Source: an uncultured Alphaproteobacteria bacterium
Lineage (GTDB): Bacteria; Pseudomonadota; Alphaproteobacteria; Rhizobiales; Rhodomicrobiaceae
Reading direction: 5' to 3'
NCBI GenBank assembly: GCA_963772105.1
Contig: CAVYVV010000030.1
Coordinates: 35,660 to 99,659, forward strand
Length of the DNA: 64,000 bases
Part shown: in pieces, positions 21,672-32,072 of the stretch
Layout: each line of letters starts with the position of its first letter
How positions within the stretch are numbered: position 1 is the stretch's first letter
Position numbers and translations under genes: made by a program
The notes under the pieces: generated by a model
Told to the model about the DNA's origin: nothing
Database searches by the model: none
The model's input: the letters and a program-made list of their open reading frames with translations, nothing else

Positions 21672-21754
21672 GACGCCATGACCTTTCTTTTATCCAAGCC
21701 AAAGCTACCGCTATTGTTCGGCTTGGGCGGCAATCGGGTCACGATTTGGCCAAT

Positions 21755-22303
21755 TCACGGCGCAGGAATGGCGTAGACAAGAACGGCAAGGTCGGCGTCT
21801 GGAACGGTGAAAGGCGTGAATCCGCAGGTGCGGTAAAAGTTGACCGCGCGCGATTCCGTGCCGGTCACGACATGAATGCCTCGCGCCCCCCGTTCCCGGC
21901 AGAGTTGGACGAAGCGCGTAAGAAGGAGCCCGCCTAGGCCCCGGCCCTGGTATCCGGGCTTCACGTTGATATGGAAATGGGAGGGATAGTCCCGGAGCGC
22001 GAAACAAAAGGCAGGCGTATAAAACGAGATGTCGCCGATGATAAGTCGTGCTGGCTGCGAGAAACTGTCGAGGCAGCCTGCCAGATAGCCGATTGCAGCG
22101 CCGTTTCCATCCAGGGCCAAAAGGAAAGTCGCTGGATCGGTTTTAAGATAATGCCCGAACCAGCGTTCATAAAACGCCTCTTGAACCAGCGGCGAGTCGA
22201 AGACCTTGATGTTCGCGGTCTCGAAGAAGATTTGCGTCGCCTCGCCAACCAGCCGAACCCGCTCCGCCGCATCTTTCTCGGTTAACGGCAAAATATCGGC
22301 CAC
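21755..22303 (-). CDS. GNAT acetyltransferase
   Basis: HFHINVKPGYQGRGLG, NFYRTCGF. Confidence 0.8.
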   Translation of the reverse strand: MADILPLTEKDAAERVRLVGEATQIFFETANIKVFDSPLVQEAFYERWFGHYLKTDPATFLLALDGNGAAIGYLAGCLDSFSQPARLIIGDISFYTPAFCFALRDYPSHFHINVKPGYQGRGLGGLLLTRFVQLCRERGARGIHVVTGTESRAVNFYRTCGFTPFTVPDADLAVLVYAIPAP

Positions 22304-22342
22304 GGCTGAAGCCCGTCGAATGAGATAAGCCGAACCGAACCG

Positions 22343-23218
22343 CTATTCCGCGGCGCGCTTATGGTGGCTGTTCCCCGACTCGTCCGCCAGCCCTTCGCCG
22401 CTCTCGGTGAGGGCTTCGATCCGCGGCATTGCAACGATGTTGTACCCGGAATCCACATAGTGGATCTCGCCGGTAACTGCGGTGGAAAGATCGGAAAGAA
22501 GGTAAAGCGCCGCGCCGCCGACCTCGTCCAAAGCCGGTGTCCGGCCGAGCGGAGAATGCTGCTTCTGATAGTTGAAAATAACGCGCGCATCCGAGACGCC
22601 AGATCCTGCCAGCGTCCGCATCGGTCCTGGTGATAAGCCATTGACGCGAATGTTCTGCTGGCCGAAGTCCACCGCGAGATACCGCACGGAGGCCTCAAGG
22701 GCAGCCTTGGCCACACCCATCACGTTGTATCGCGGCACGACGCGCATCGACCCGCCATAGGTAAGCGTGATCATGGAGCCGCCGCGCTTCATCAGCGCCG
22801 CCGCACGCTTTGCAATCTCCGTGAACGAGAAGCAGGAAATGACCATCGTGTTCACGAAGTTCTCGCGGGTCGTATCGGCGTAGCGTCCCTTGAGCTCGTT
22901 GCGGTCGGAGAAGGCAAGGGCGTGGACGAGGAAATCGATCGAGCCCCATTGTGATTGGAGTTCAGAAAAGACGGCATCGACCGATTTCAGGTCGAGGACA
23001 TCGCACGGAAGAATGATCTTCGCGCCGAGGGCTTGCGCGAGCGGGACCGCTCGTCTGCCAAAGGCATCGCCCTGATACGTAAAAGCGAGTTCCGCGCCTT
23101 GCCCTGCAAGCACGCGGGCTATTCCATAGGCGATTGACCGATCGTTGGCCACGCCCATGATGAGCCCGCGTTTTCCTGCCATCAATGGCGACGGCTTTGC
23201 AATATCCACCACAGTCAT
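22343..23218 (-). CDS. fabI: Enoyl-ACP reductase
   Basis: GVANDRSIAYGIA, YNVMGVAKAALE. Confidence 0.93.
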   Translation of the reverse strand: MTVVDIAKPSPLMAGKRGLIMGVANDRSIAYGIARVLAGQGAELAFTYQGDAFGRRAVPLAQALGAKIILPCDVLDLKSVDAVFSELQSQWGSIDFLVHALAFSDRNELKGRYADTTRENFVNTMVISCFSFTEIAKRAAALMKRGGSMITLTYGGSMRVVPRYNVMGVAKAALEASVRYLAVDFGQQNIRVNGLSPGPMRTLAGSGVSDARVIFNYQKQHSPLGRTPALDEVGGAALYLLSDLSTAVTGEIHYVDSGYNIVAMPRIEALTESGEGLADESGNSHHKRAAE

Positions 23219-23256
23219 CGATCGAGGCCTTTCTAAACCCTGCCAGCAGCTACGCT

Positions 23257-24474
23257 CTATCCGTCATAGCGCTTGAAGATCAAAGTAGCGTTTGTTCCAC
23301 CAAAGCCGAAACTGTTCGACATCACGCAGTTGAGTTCGACATTATCGAGTCGCTCACGCACAATCGGCATATCCGAGAAAGCGGGATCAAGCTCGTCTAT
23401 ATTTGCGGATTCACACACAAATCCGTTATTCATCATCAAAAGCGAGTAGATGGCCTCCTGGACGCCCGCTGCCCCAAGCGAATGCCCTGTCAGTGATTTG
23501 GTCGCGGACAGAAGCGGTGCCTTCGATCCAAAGACCTCGCGCACGGCCTCAATTTCCTTCAGGTCGCCGATCGGCGTCGCCGTCGCGTGAGGATTGATAT
23601 AATCGACCTTGCGATCGAGGCCCTTCATGGCAAGCTTCATGCAACGGGCCGCGCCTTCCCCGGACGGCGCCACCATGTCGAAGCCGTCAGAATTCGCCCC
23701 GTAGCCAGCAACTTCACCATAAATCTTTGCCCCGCGTGCTTTGGCCCTTTCAAGCTCTTCAAGGACAAGAACGCCTGCTCCGCCCGCGATGACGAAGCCA
23801 TCGCGATTGACATCGTAGGCTCTGCTTGCTTTTTGCGGCGTTTCATTAAAGTTTGATGACATCGCGCCCATTGCGTCAAAAAGTACCGAGAGCGTCCAGT
23901 CCAGATCTTCGCCGCCGCCGGCAAACATGAGGTCCTGCTTGCCCCACTGGATCATCTCCGCGGCGTTGCCGATGCAATGCGCCGATGTCGAACACGCGGA
24001 CGAGATCGAGTAGTTGATTCCCTTGATATGAAAGGGGGTCGCGAGCGTGGCGGAGTTCGTGCTGGACATCGCCTTCGGCACTTCGAATGGACCGACCTTG
24101 CGCGGCCCCTTTTCACGGGTCGTATCCGCGGCCTGAACGATCGTGCGCGTCGAGGGGCCGCCGGAGCCCATGACAAGCCCGGTGCGCTCGTTGCTGATGT
24201 CCTTCTCTTCAAGCCCCGCATCGACGATAGCCTGCTGCATGGCGATGTAATTCCATGCGGCGCCGGCGCCCATGAAGCGGCGGACCTTGCGGTCGATCAT
24301 CGCTTCCCAGTCGATTTTCGGTTCTCCGTGCACCTGGCAGCGAAAGCCCCTCTCGGCGTAATCTTTCGCCGTGACGAGGCCGGACCTTGCCTCCCGGAGG
24401 GAAGCAAGCACTTCCTGGCTGTTGTTACCGATGGACGAGACGATGCCCATTCCCGTGACAGCAACACGTCTCAT
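23257..24474 (-). CDS. fabB: 3-oxoacyl-ACP synthase I
   Basis: [28 protein letters not shown]. Confidence 0.95.
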   Translation of the reverse strand: MRRVAVTGMGIVSSIGNNSQEVLASLREARSGLVTAKDYAERGFRCQVHGEPKIDWEAMIDRKVRRFMGAGAAWNYIAMQQAIVDAGLEEKDISNERTGLVMGSGGPSTRTIVQAADTTREKGPRKVGPFEVPKAMSSTNSATLATPFHIKGINYSISSACSTSAHCIGNAAEMIQWGKQDLMFAGGGEDLDWTLSVLFDAMGAMSSNFNETPQKASRAYDVNRDGFVIAGGAGVLVLEELERAKARGAKIYGEVAGYGANSDGFDMVAPSGEGAARCMKLAMKGLDRKVDYINPHATATPIGDLKEIEAVREVFGSKAPLLSATKSLTGHSLGAAGVQEAIYSLLMMNNGFVCESANIDELDPAFSDMPIVRERLDNVELNCVMSNSFGFGGTNATLIFKRYDG

Positions 24475-24526
24475 GTCATGACCCCACGTTGTAGAACTAG
24501 GTTTTTCTTAAAGCCGGCGACCCAGC

Positions 24527-25058
24527 TCAGCCTGCCGCTTGCATGCTCATATTGGCGGCGAACAAGCCTACTCGCAGCTCCTTCGCTGAATATATGATCG
24601 CGCCGTCCGCTTTGAGATGTCCGTCGCCCACGCCAAGCGTAAATTTCCGGCGGATCATCCGCTTGAGGTCGACGACATACTCCAGACGCTTGACGCTCGG
24701 CACAACCATGCCGGTGAACTTCACTTCCCCGACGCTGAGCGCTCGCCCTTTGCCAGGAGCGCCAGTCCAACCAAGAAAGAAGCCGAGCATCTGCCAAAGC
24801 GCATCGAGCCCCAGGCAACCGGGCATGACGGGGTCGCCCTTGAAATGGCAGGGGAAGAACCACAAGGTCGGGACGTACATCCATCTCGGCCACGATTCTG
24901 CCGCGCCCGTACTCTCCGTCGGTCTCGGAAATGCTTGTAATGCGGTCGAACATCAGCATCGGCGGGAGCGGCAGTTGCGCGTTCCCTGGTCCGAATAGTT
25001 CGCCGCGCCCGCAAGCGAGCAAATCCTCGTAATCATAGCTGTGGCGCCGCTCAGACAT
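24527..25058 (-). CDS. fabA: 3-hydroxydecanoyl-ACP dehydratase/isomerase, frameshift near 24875
   Basis: [18 protein letters not shown]; [21 protein letters not shown]. Confidence 0.92.
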
Positions 25059-25228
25059 CATTCCCCTTTATTCTCTCATTACGCCTGCAGTCGGGCAAGG
25101 CGTTCCCTTAAGTATCACACCTTGCGACGCTCGCAACCCGTCTCCAATTTTCTTAGCGATGGGCTCGGAGGGACAGCGCTTGCGAGTTAAGACACCGCTC
25201 CTTATACTACAAGGCTAGAGCCAAGGAA

Positions 25229-25657
25229 ATGCTGAGAGAAATGCCCGACAACGTTCCCGAACTGCCAAGCGAGCGGCTTCGCATGACAGGTTTGCGCCCG
25301 ACGCGTCAACGCGTCGCGCTGGCCGAGCTGCTGTTCGGGCGCGGGGACAGGCACTTCACGGCGGAGATGGTTCATGCGGAGGCGGTGAAGAACGGCGTCC
25401 CCGTGTCGCTTGCGACAGTCTACAATACGCTTCATCAATTCGTCGAAGCGGGCCTTCTGCGGGAGGTCGCGATCGAGGGTTCAAAAACCTACTTCGATAC
25501 CAAGATATCCAATCACTTCCATTTCTTCTTCGAAAAGGATGGAGTGCTGGTTGATATCGAGCCGGCCAATATCAAGGTGGAAAATCTTCCTAAGCCGCCG
25601 GAGGGCATGGAGATCACCCGGATCGACGTGCTGGTGAGGCTCGCGCCGGGCAAATAG
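25229..25657 (+). CDS. irr: Iron response regulator (Fur family)
   Basis: GLRPTRQR, SLATVYNTLHQF, HFHFF; divergent from fabA. Confidence 0.88.
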   Translation: MLREMPDNVPELPSERLRMTGLRPTRQRVALAELLFGRGDRHFTAEMVHAEAVKNGVPVSLATVYNTLHQFVEAGLLREVAIEGSKTYFDTKISNHFHFFFEKDGVLVDIEPANIKVENLPKPPEGMEITRIDVLVRLAPGK

Positions 25658-25705
25658 GCGCGGAGGAGCCTGCATGCTAAAGCTGGAGCGAAAGTTTTGA
25701 GGGAT

Positions 25706-26089
25706 ATGCTTGAAGAGCAACAGCCTCAGAAGAACGTCTTCGGAGAACCGTTGGTGGCGTGCTCCGATAACCCTCTGACCGGATTCTTTCGCGACGGCTG
25801 CTGCAACACGGGCCCGCAGGATTACGGCTCTCACACGGTCTGCGTCGTCATGACCGACGAGTTCCTGACCTTCTCGAAGGCGGCGGGGAACGATCTTTCG
25901 ACCCCCGTGCCTGAGTATGCGTTTCCGGGTCTCAAGGCGGGCGACCGGTGGTGTTTATGCGCGGCGCGGTGGCAGCAGGCTTTCGAAGCCGGAATGGCGC
26001 CTCGGGTGGTGCTTGCCGCGACACATGAGCGGGCGCTTGAGATCGTCGCTCTGCGGGATTTGAAGCGCTTCGCGATCGATCTCTCTTGA
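25706..26089 (+). CDS. DUF2237 protein
   Basis: TGFFRDGCC, GNDLSTP, GDRWCLCAARW. Confidence 0.85.
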   Translation: MLEEQQPQKNVFGEPLVACSDNPLTGFFRDGCCNTGPQDYGSHTVCVVMTDEFLTFSKAAGNDLSTPVPEYAFPGLKAGDRWCLCAARWQQAFEAGMAPRVVLAATHERALEIVALRDLKRFAIDLS

Positions 26090-26362
26090 GCCGGGCTAGC
26101 GTGGACCTCATCAGCTTCGGGCGCCAATTCTGTGCCCGCCGTCCCGTTGCGGATGGCGCGACGTCGCAAAAGCCTGCACACGCGATCGGGCAAGCGCAGT
26201 CCCAGAAGGGAAGACACCCCGCTTTGAGCACACATCCGGACTTTCTGAGGAAAACATGTGGGCGGGCTCCTCGTGGATGACCTTGACCGCACCTGTCATG
26301 CATTATACAAGTACATAGATTAAAAGGACTTTTGGCCAAACAAGCCGAATGCTTGCACCCTC

Positions 26363-27387
26363 ATGAGTTTGCATCGCGATCCCGTTTCGGTTGATCTTGC
26401 GCTTCAAGGCGGCGGTTCACATGGGGCGTTCACCTGGGGGGTTCTCGACAGGCTTCTCGAAGAACCGTGGCTGACGATCGACGGCATCTCGGGAACCTCC
26501 GCCGGGGCCATGAATGCCGCCGTGCTTGCGTCCGGCTATGCGAAGGGCGGAGCCGAACAGGCTCGCAAAGCGCTCGACGATTTCTGGCGCCGCGTCTCGG
26601 ACGCTGCGCTTTTCAGCCCGCTCAAGCGAACGCCGCTCGATATGCTGCTCGGCCGGTGGACGATGGATACCTCGCCGGCGTTCCTGGCCTTGGACATGGC
26701 TGCGCGGCTGTTCTCGCCCTACGACATCAATCCCGCCGGGCTCAATCCGCTTCGCGATATTCTGGCGGCCAGCGTCGACGCCGAGGAGCTGAAAAAGTCC
26801 TCGATCAGGCTGTTCGTGACCGCCACCAACGTCCATACCGGGCGCGGCCGGGTGTTTCGCAACGGGGAACTCACGCCCAACGTCCTTCTCGCCTCGGCCT
26901 GCCTGCCGACCCTGTTCCAGGCGATCGAGATCGACGGCGAGCCCTATTGGGATGGCGGCTATTCCGGCAACCCGACCATGACGCCGCTCGTGCGCGAATG
27001 CACCTCGCAGGACACGCTGATCGTGGCCATCAATCCGGTCGAGCGGCCTGGCACGCCGCGCTCCGCCCAGGAGATCATGAACCGCCTCAACGAGATCTCC
27101 TTCAACGCCACGCTCCTGAAGGAATTGCGCATGATCGCACTTCTGCGCCAGGCTGCCGATCCCGGACATGCCGAAGGGGCCAAATGGGCGGCCATGCGGG
27201 TGCACCTTCTGTCGAGCCCGATCATGACAAACCTCGGTTACTCCTCCAAGCTCAATGCGGAGTGGGCGTTTTTGACCATGCTGAAGGAGGAAGGCCGGCG
27301 CACCGTCGACAAATTCCTGAAAGGCCACGGCAACGATCTCGGCCAGCGGTCCACCTTGAACCTGAACGTGCTGCTGACCAGGTCTGA
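26363..27387 (+). CDS. Patatin-like hydrolase (terminal frameshift likely)
   Basis: GGGSHG, GTSAG, DGG motifs. Confidence 0.85.
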
Positions 27388-27392
27388 ACGCC

Positions 27393-28844
27393 ATGGGGCT
27401 CGCCGGCATCCTGATTGCGCTTGGGGGGCTTATCTGGCTCGCCTATCGCGGATGGAGCGTTCTGGTCCTCGCACCGGTTGCCGCGCTCGTCGCCGCAGCT
27501 TTCTCGCAGGAGCCGCTTCTCGCCCATTGGACGCAGACCTTCATGGGCAGCGCCGCGCAATTCGTTATGCAGTTCTTCCCGATTTTTCTGCTCGGAGCGC
27601 TGTTCGGGAAGCTCATGGAAGATAGCGGCTCGGTCGAGGCGATTGCCCGCTTCATGACGGAGAAGCTCGGACCGCAACGAGCGTCGCTCGCCGTCGTGCT
27701 TGCCGGCGCCCTTGTCACCTATGGCGGCGTCAGTCTCTTCGTCGCCTTCTTCGTGCTGGCGCCGATGGCCTTGGCCATGTTCAAGGCGGCCGATATTCCC
27801 CGAAGGTTGATGCCAGCGGCGATATTTCTTGGAAGCGCAACCTTCACAATGTCTGCCCTCCCCGGCTCGCCCGCGATCCAGAACGCGATTCCGATGCCGT
27901 TTTTTGGCACCACGCCCTTTGCCGCCCCGGGACTGGGGATGATCGCAGCCGCAATCATGCTGGCTTTCGGGCTTTGGTGGCTTGCGCGCGCGGAGGCGGC
28001 AGCGCGTAAAGCCGGCGAGGGTTTCGGGCCGGAAGCAACGGTTCACGCCGCCATAGAGGACGATGAACTCGTTCGGGAGCGCGCCACCGTTGCGCAAAGT
28101 TTCGACCCGGCCGAAATCTCTCACGGCAAACTCAGCAAAAGCGTGCCGCCTATCGCGCTGGCCGCCCTGCCCCTCATCGTCGTTATCGCCGTCAATTTTC
28201 TGATGTCGTTCTGGGTTTTACCGCACCTTGACGCTTCGTTTCTCGCCGAGGAACGCTGGGGCAAAACCTCGCTCACGGCCGTTGGCGGAGTCTGGGCTGT
28301 AATCGTTGCGCTGGCCGCAGCGATTGCCGTCCTCATTGCTGTGAATCGCCAGCGTCTTTCCTGGTTGCGCAAAAGCATCGATGCGGGCGCCAATGCCTCC
28401 GTATTGCCCGCCTTCAGCGTTGCGAGCCTTGTCGGTTTCGGCGCTGTCGTTGCCGCTCTCCCGGCCTTCTCGATGGTTCGCGATTGGGTGCTCTCCATCG
28501 GCGGAGGCCCTTTGGTGTCGCTCGCTGTCGCGACAAACGTCCTTGCCGCGCTGACGGGCTCGGCCTCGGGCGGCCTTACGATTGCGCTCGACGCCTTAGG
28601 CGCAACCTATATGCGCATCGCGGCTGAAGCTGGCATCGATCCAGCGGTTATGCATCGCGTCGCAGTAATCGGCGCCGGCGCGCTCGATAGCCTGCCGCAT
28701 AATGGTGCCGTAGTGACCTTGCTCGCCGTCTGCGGCTCCACGCATCGCGAGAGCTACTTCCATATCGTCATGGTCGCCATCGTCGGAGCTTTGCTGGCCC
28801 TCGTCGCGGTCATCCTCTTAGGCTCGGCGGTCGGTTCGTTCTGA
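27393..28844 (+). CDS. GntP-family permease (3-hydroxybutyrate permease-like)
   Basis: Multi-TM, YGGVSLFV, PGSPAIQN, DSLPHNGA. Confidence 0.8.
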   Translation: MGLAGILIALGGLIWLAYRGWSVLVLAPVAALVAAAFSQEPLLAHWTQTFMGSAAQFVMQFFPIFLLGALFGKLMEDSGSVEAIARFMTEKLGPQRASLAVVLAGALVTYGGVSLFVAFFVLAPMALAMFKAADIPRRLMPAAIFLGSATFTMSALPGSPAIQNAIPMPFFGTTPFAAPGLGMIAAAIMLAFGLWWLARAEAAARKAGEGFGPEATVHAAIEDDELVRERATVAQSFDPAEISHGKLSKSVPPIALAALPLIVVIAVNFLMSFWVLPHLDASFLAEERWGKTSLTAVGGVWAVIVALAAAIAVLIAVNRQRLSWLRKSIDAGANASVLPAFSVASLVGFGAVVAALPAFSMVRDWVLSIGGGPLVSLAVATNVLAALTGSASGGLTIALDALGATYMRIAAEAGIDPAVMHRVAVIGAGALDSLPHNGAVVTLLAVCGSTHRESYFHIVMVAIVGALLALVAVILLGSAVGSF

Positions 28845-29026
28845 CAGATCGTGAAAGGCCTTCCGTCCCATACTTCAAGCAAATGGCAATCGCCTTTTTT
28901 ATCAAGCCGTGGTATCTGGAAAGCTCAGTACAGGCCGTTATTATTTCTCTCTGCATTTCCCAATGTCAGCGAATAGAAAAGCCCGTAACGGCTGTCCTTG
29001 CGCCGAATACTTCCAAGAGGTCTCAC

Positions 29027-29602
29027 ATGGTCATTTCCCCTACGGCGGAGCCGACAGTTGGCGGCGATCCCTCTCCTAAGTCCTGGTGGCTTTATCTGCT
29101 TTTAGGCATCGCGCTTATCATCGGCGGCGCCTTCGTCCTTGGCGACGTTGTGTTCGCCTCGGTCATCAGCGCCATCTTCATCGCCTGGGCGCTCGTGATT
29201 GTGGGGGTCTTCCAGGTTGCCCACGCCTTCAGCGCGGTGGGATGGAAAGGCTTCGTTCTCGATCTTCTGCTCGGCGCACTTTACATTGCGGCGGGATACT
29301 TCCTTCTGGCGAACCCCCTGGCAGCGACGATCAAACTAACGCTTCTGCTCGGCATTATTTGGATTGTTTCGGGGCTGTTCCGGATCGTGCTCGCCGGCGT
29401 GCTCTGGCGGCAAGCGGGCTGGTCTCTCTTGATTTCGGGCATTATCGGCGCGCTGGCGGGAGGCATCATCCTCTCCGAATGGCCATCGTCCGGGCTTTGG
29501 GTCCTGGGCCTCTGCCTTGGCGTCGACCTCATCTTCCACGGCTTCGCCTGGATCGGCTATTCGATGTCAATTCCCTCGCAGCAGACCCCTCAGACTGCGT
29601 AG
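29027..29602 (+). CDS. HdeD/DUF308 membrane protein
   Basis: WWLYLLLG start, 6 TM segments, WP.SGLWVLG. Confidence 0.8.
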   Translation: MVISPTAEPTVGGDPSPKSWWLYLLLGIALIIGGAFVLGDVVFASVISAIFIAWALVIVGVFQVAHAFSAVGWKGFVLDLLLGALYIAAGYFLLANPLAATIKLTLLLGIIWIVSGLFRIVLAGVLWRQAGWSLLISGIIGALAGGIILSEWPSSGLWVLGLCLGVDLIFHGFAWIGYSMSIPSQQTPQTA

Positions 29603-29755
29603 CCGATTTAAGGCGCTTCCCTCTCATCTGGGCAACCAAGCCCGCATCGCCCCTCCCGGCGAGAGGGGCGATGCGGCTTACGTCTCAAACGGATACACAG
29701 GCCGGCAGCCACTTTCCTGCCAGGGATTGGCTGCCGGATTTGCTACGAGCTTATT

Positions 29756-29968
29756 CTAACGGCAGACTATCCATCTACGGCAAAAACGGCGGCCACCACG
29801 CCATCCCCAGCCACCAGCGCACCGTCTTCCGCTGACGCATTGCACCTTCACGGCCTCGGACTGGACAGCCGGCATCTCATTGCTTCCGGAGAGCGTGACG
29901 GCTTCAGCCCCCGCGGTCGAGAAGAAAAAGGCAGCGGCGGCAAAAGCTATTGCGAGTTTCAGGCTCAT
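29756..29968 (-). CDS. Small secreted Cys/Arg/Trp-rich peptide precursor (70 aa)
   Basis: GGGGA RBS, signal peptide, C-terminal CVSGRRCAGGWGWRGGRRFCRRWIVCR. Confidence 0.65.
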   Translation of the reverse strand: MSLKLAIAFAAAAFFFSTAGAEAVTLSGSNEMPAVQSEAVKVQCVSGRRCAGGWGWRGGRRFCRRWIVCR

Positions 29969-30214
29969 ATTATAATCCCCGAAGTTGGTAGGATTTCTAG
30001 TATAAACGAGGCAACTCGCATCACCAACATCAAACCGGCGAAAGTTATCCAAGTTTAAGTCCCTGACCTCGTCTTCAACCTATACTCCGAAGCGCGTGCA
30101 CGCGCGGCGACGGCAGCATCCAGGCGCGAACATATCTTTCGATCGGTGCGAAATGTCCGATGCGCTCCGGGCACGCCATTACGAATGGCGAAGACTTCGG
30201 TGATATCCGAGCCG

Positions 30215-30661
30215 TCAGCCTCCGAAGCCGATTATTCGCTTTGAGAACGCCATGCGCCCAAACTGGGTCAGTCCGCTCTCCGCAACAGCCGCCATCAAGT
30301 TGCAGACTAAAACCATCGTCTGAAATGGCGATAGGGTCACAGTTGGAGAAAAAAGAACCCAGCACGCCAAGACCCCCATGATAACAGCCGACGCCCAGGA
30401 AACGGCAATGTCGGTGAAGCCGAACTGGTTGCTCCGCGACCCCGACAAGATCAGGCAAAAGGCCTGAATCGCAATGTAGAGCATGTCGATGACGGGAACA
30501 ATTGCCCAGGTCCAGCCTTGTGACGGTTGGCCTCTGAGACCCAATGCGGGAATAAGCAGGAAATAGGCGAGGTTTGATATGATGAATAGTGCAGCCAACC
30601 AGATGCTGATCAATTCTTCCAATCGAGATCGATTTTGGGGGATCGACTCTGTTCTAGCCAT
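30215..30661 (-). CDS. Hypothetical 4-TM membrane protein
   Basis: 148 aa with hydrophobic segments. Confidence 0.55.
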   Translation of the reverse strand: MARTESIPQNRSRLEELISIWLAALFIISNLAYFLLIPALGLRGQPSQGWTWAIVPVIDMLYIAIQAFCLILSGSRSNQFGFTDIAVSWASAVIMGVLACWVLFSPTVTLSPFQTMVLVCNLMAAVAESGLTQFGRMAFSKRIIGFGG

Positions 30662-31190
30662 GTTAACTGACCCTTGCGTTAGAGTAATTGTGGAACCCAG
30701 CCAGCTCTATCGGAAGCCCAAAGAAACGTAGCCCCAGGTTGCCTGCTTTTCAAACGAGACTAAGGAGAATCGTTGCGGCGACGATTTTTCATACACCCCA
30801 GGAATATACCCCGTCCCGGCTCAGATCTCATCATGCAGATTTAAAGAAAATCGGCGGCGATAAGAGCGCAACCGCACAGCTTAATCAGGGGAATGCCCAA
30901 TCGGCATCTAAAAATCGCGAACCTCATTGGCTGCAAACGGCAGCTTTCGAACTCCCTGTCCATAATCTTCGACGCCAATAACGGGAGCAAAAAGTCTCGG
31001 ATTGGGGCTCGGTGGAGATGTCGGACCCTTCCGAGCCTTCGCATCAAAGCGCGCCAAGGCCGAAATGCGGTTCCCGGGCGGCTTCGGATTTTCGTTCCGT
31101 TACCGTGCAAAGCAGCGGCAACTGGGACACCTAATTTGCGACTATCGCAGTTCGACTTGCTCCTTAACTGGAACCGCCGTTCCTCACGCT

Positions 31191-31292
31191 CGATCGACCC
31201 ACCTTTGATCGAAATCGAGTAAAGGCGGATCGATCGGTTCTAAAAGGATTAGAGCGGCTTATCCGGATCGCAATGGACGCGGGCTGCTCTAG
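31191..31292 (+). repeat. Family-2 repeat (degenerate copy)
   Basis: gatcgacccacctttgatcgaaatcga...caatggacgcgggctgctctag matches 52479-52590. Confidence 0.65.
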
Positions 31293-31945
31293 TATCTGCG
31301 GCGGCTGTAAACGGTCCTGCGCGCATAAACGCCACCACGTCCGTATCCGCCACGAGCGTAAACGCTCCTGTGCGCATACACACCCCCGCGTCCGTAATAT
31401 CCGGCACGGCGTGCGTAGACGCCCCGGCTCGCATATACGCCGCCGCGTCCATAATATCCGCCGCGGCGCGCGTAAACGCCCCGGCTCGCATATACGCCGC
31501 CGCGTCCATAATATCCGCCGCGGCGCGCGTAAACGCCCCGGCTCGCATACACGCCGCCGCGTCCATAATATCCGCCGCGGCGCGCGTAGACGCCTCGGCT
31601 CGCATATACGCCGCCGCGTCCATAATAACCGCCGCCGCGCGCGTAGACGCCTCGGCGCGCATATACGCCCCCGCGTCCATAATAACCGCCGCCGCGCGCA
31701 TAGACGCCTCGGCGCGCATATACGCCGCCGTAAACGCCTCGACGCCCTGCAACAACGGTGCGGCTGTGATAGACGCCTCCTCGCGGCCCTCTGACAGTTG
31801 TCCTTCTGACGGCACGATAGCCAACGTCAACGGTGACGGGGTCGCTTTCAATGAAGCGCGCTTGCGGCGCAGGCACCGCTGCGGAGACAGAAGCAGTGAC
31901 TGCAAGGGCTGCAGGGGCCAGTAATGCCAAGATGATGCTTCTCAT
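31289..31945 (-). CDS. Secreted Gly/Arg/Tyr-rich tandem-repeat protein
   Basis: Signal peptide MRSIILALLAPAALAVTASVSA, then repeats GGVYA(R/S)RGVYAR(G/R)GGYYGR. Confidence 0.75.
   Translation of the reverse strand: MRSIILALLAPAALAVTASVSAAVPAPQARFIESDPVTVDVGYRAVRRTTVRGPRGGVYHSRTVVAGRRGVYGGVYARRGVYARGGGYYGRGGVYARRGVYARGGGYYGRGGVYASRGVYARRGGYYGRGGVYASRGVYARRGGYYGRGGVYASRGVYARRGGYYGRGGVYASRGVYARRAGYYGRGGVYAHRSVYARGGYGRGGVYARRTVYSRRRY
31292..31729. repeat. 57-bp coding tandem repeat (6 full and 2 degenerate units)
   Basis: gcgtccataat recurs every 57 bp (e.g. 31445, 31502, 31559). Confidence 0.9.
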
Positions 31946-32072
31946 GGGACATTTTTCTCGTTGGATGTCACGTCCTTTCCTCGGCGCGACCAAGTCTAAG
32001 TGCGGAAACACGGAAACACAAGCTCAACTCCAGCCTCATCGTCTGCCTCACCTTTTAATGGGGGTGCCGGGT

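Noticed and set aside
31292-31729. 57-bp repeat as a CRISPR array
   Set aside because: Contiguous units with no unique spacers, in frame with a signal-peptide ORF, and no cas genes.
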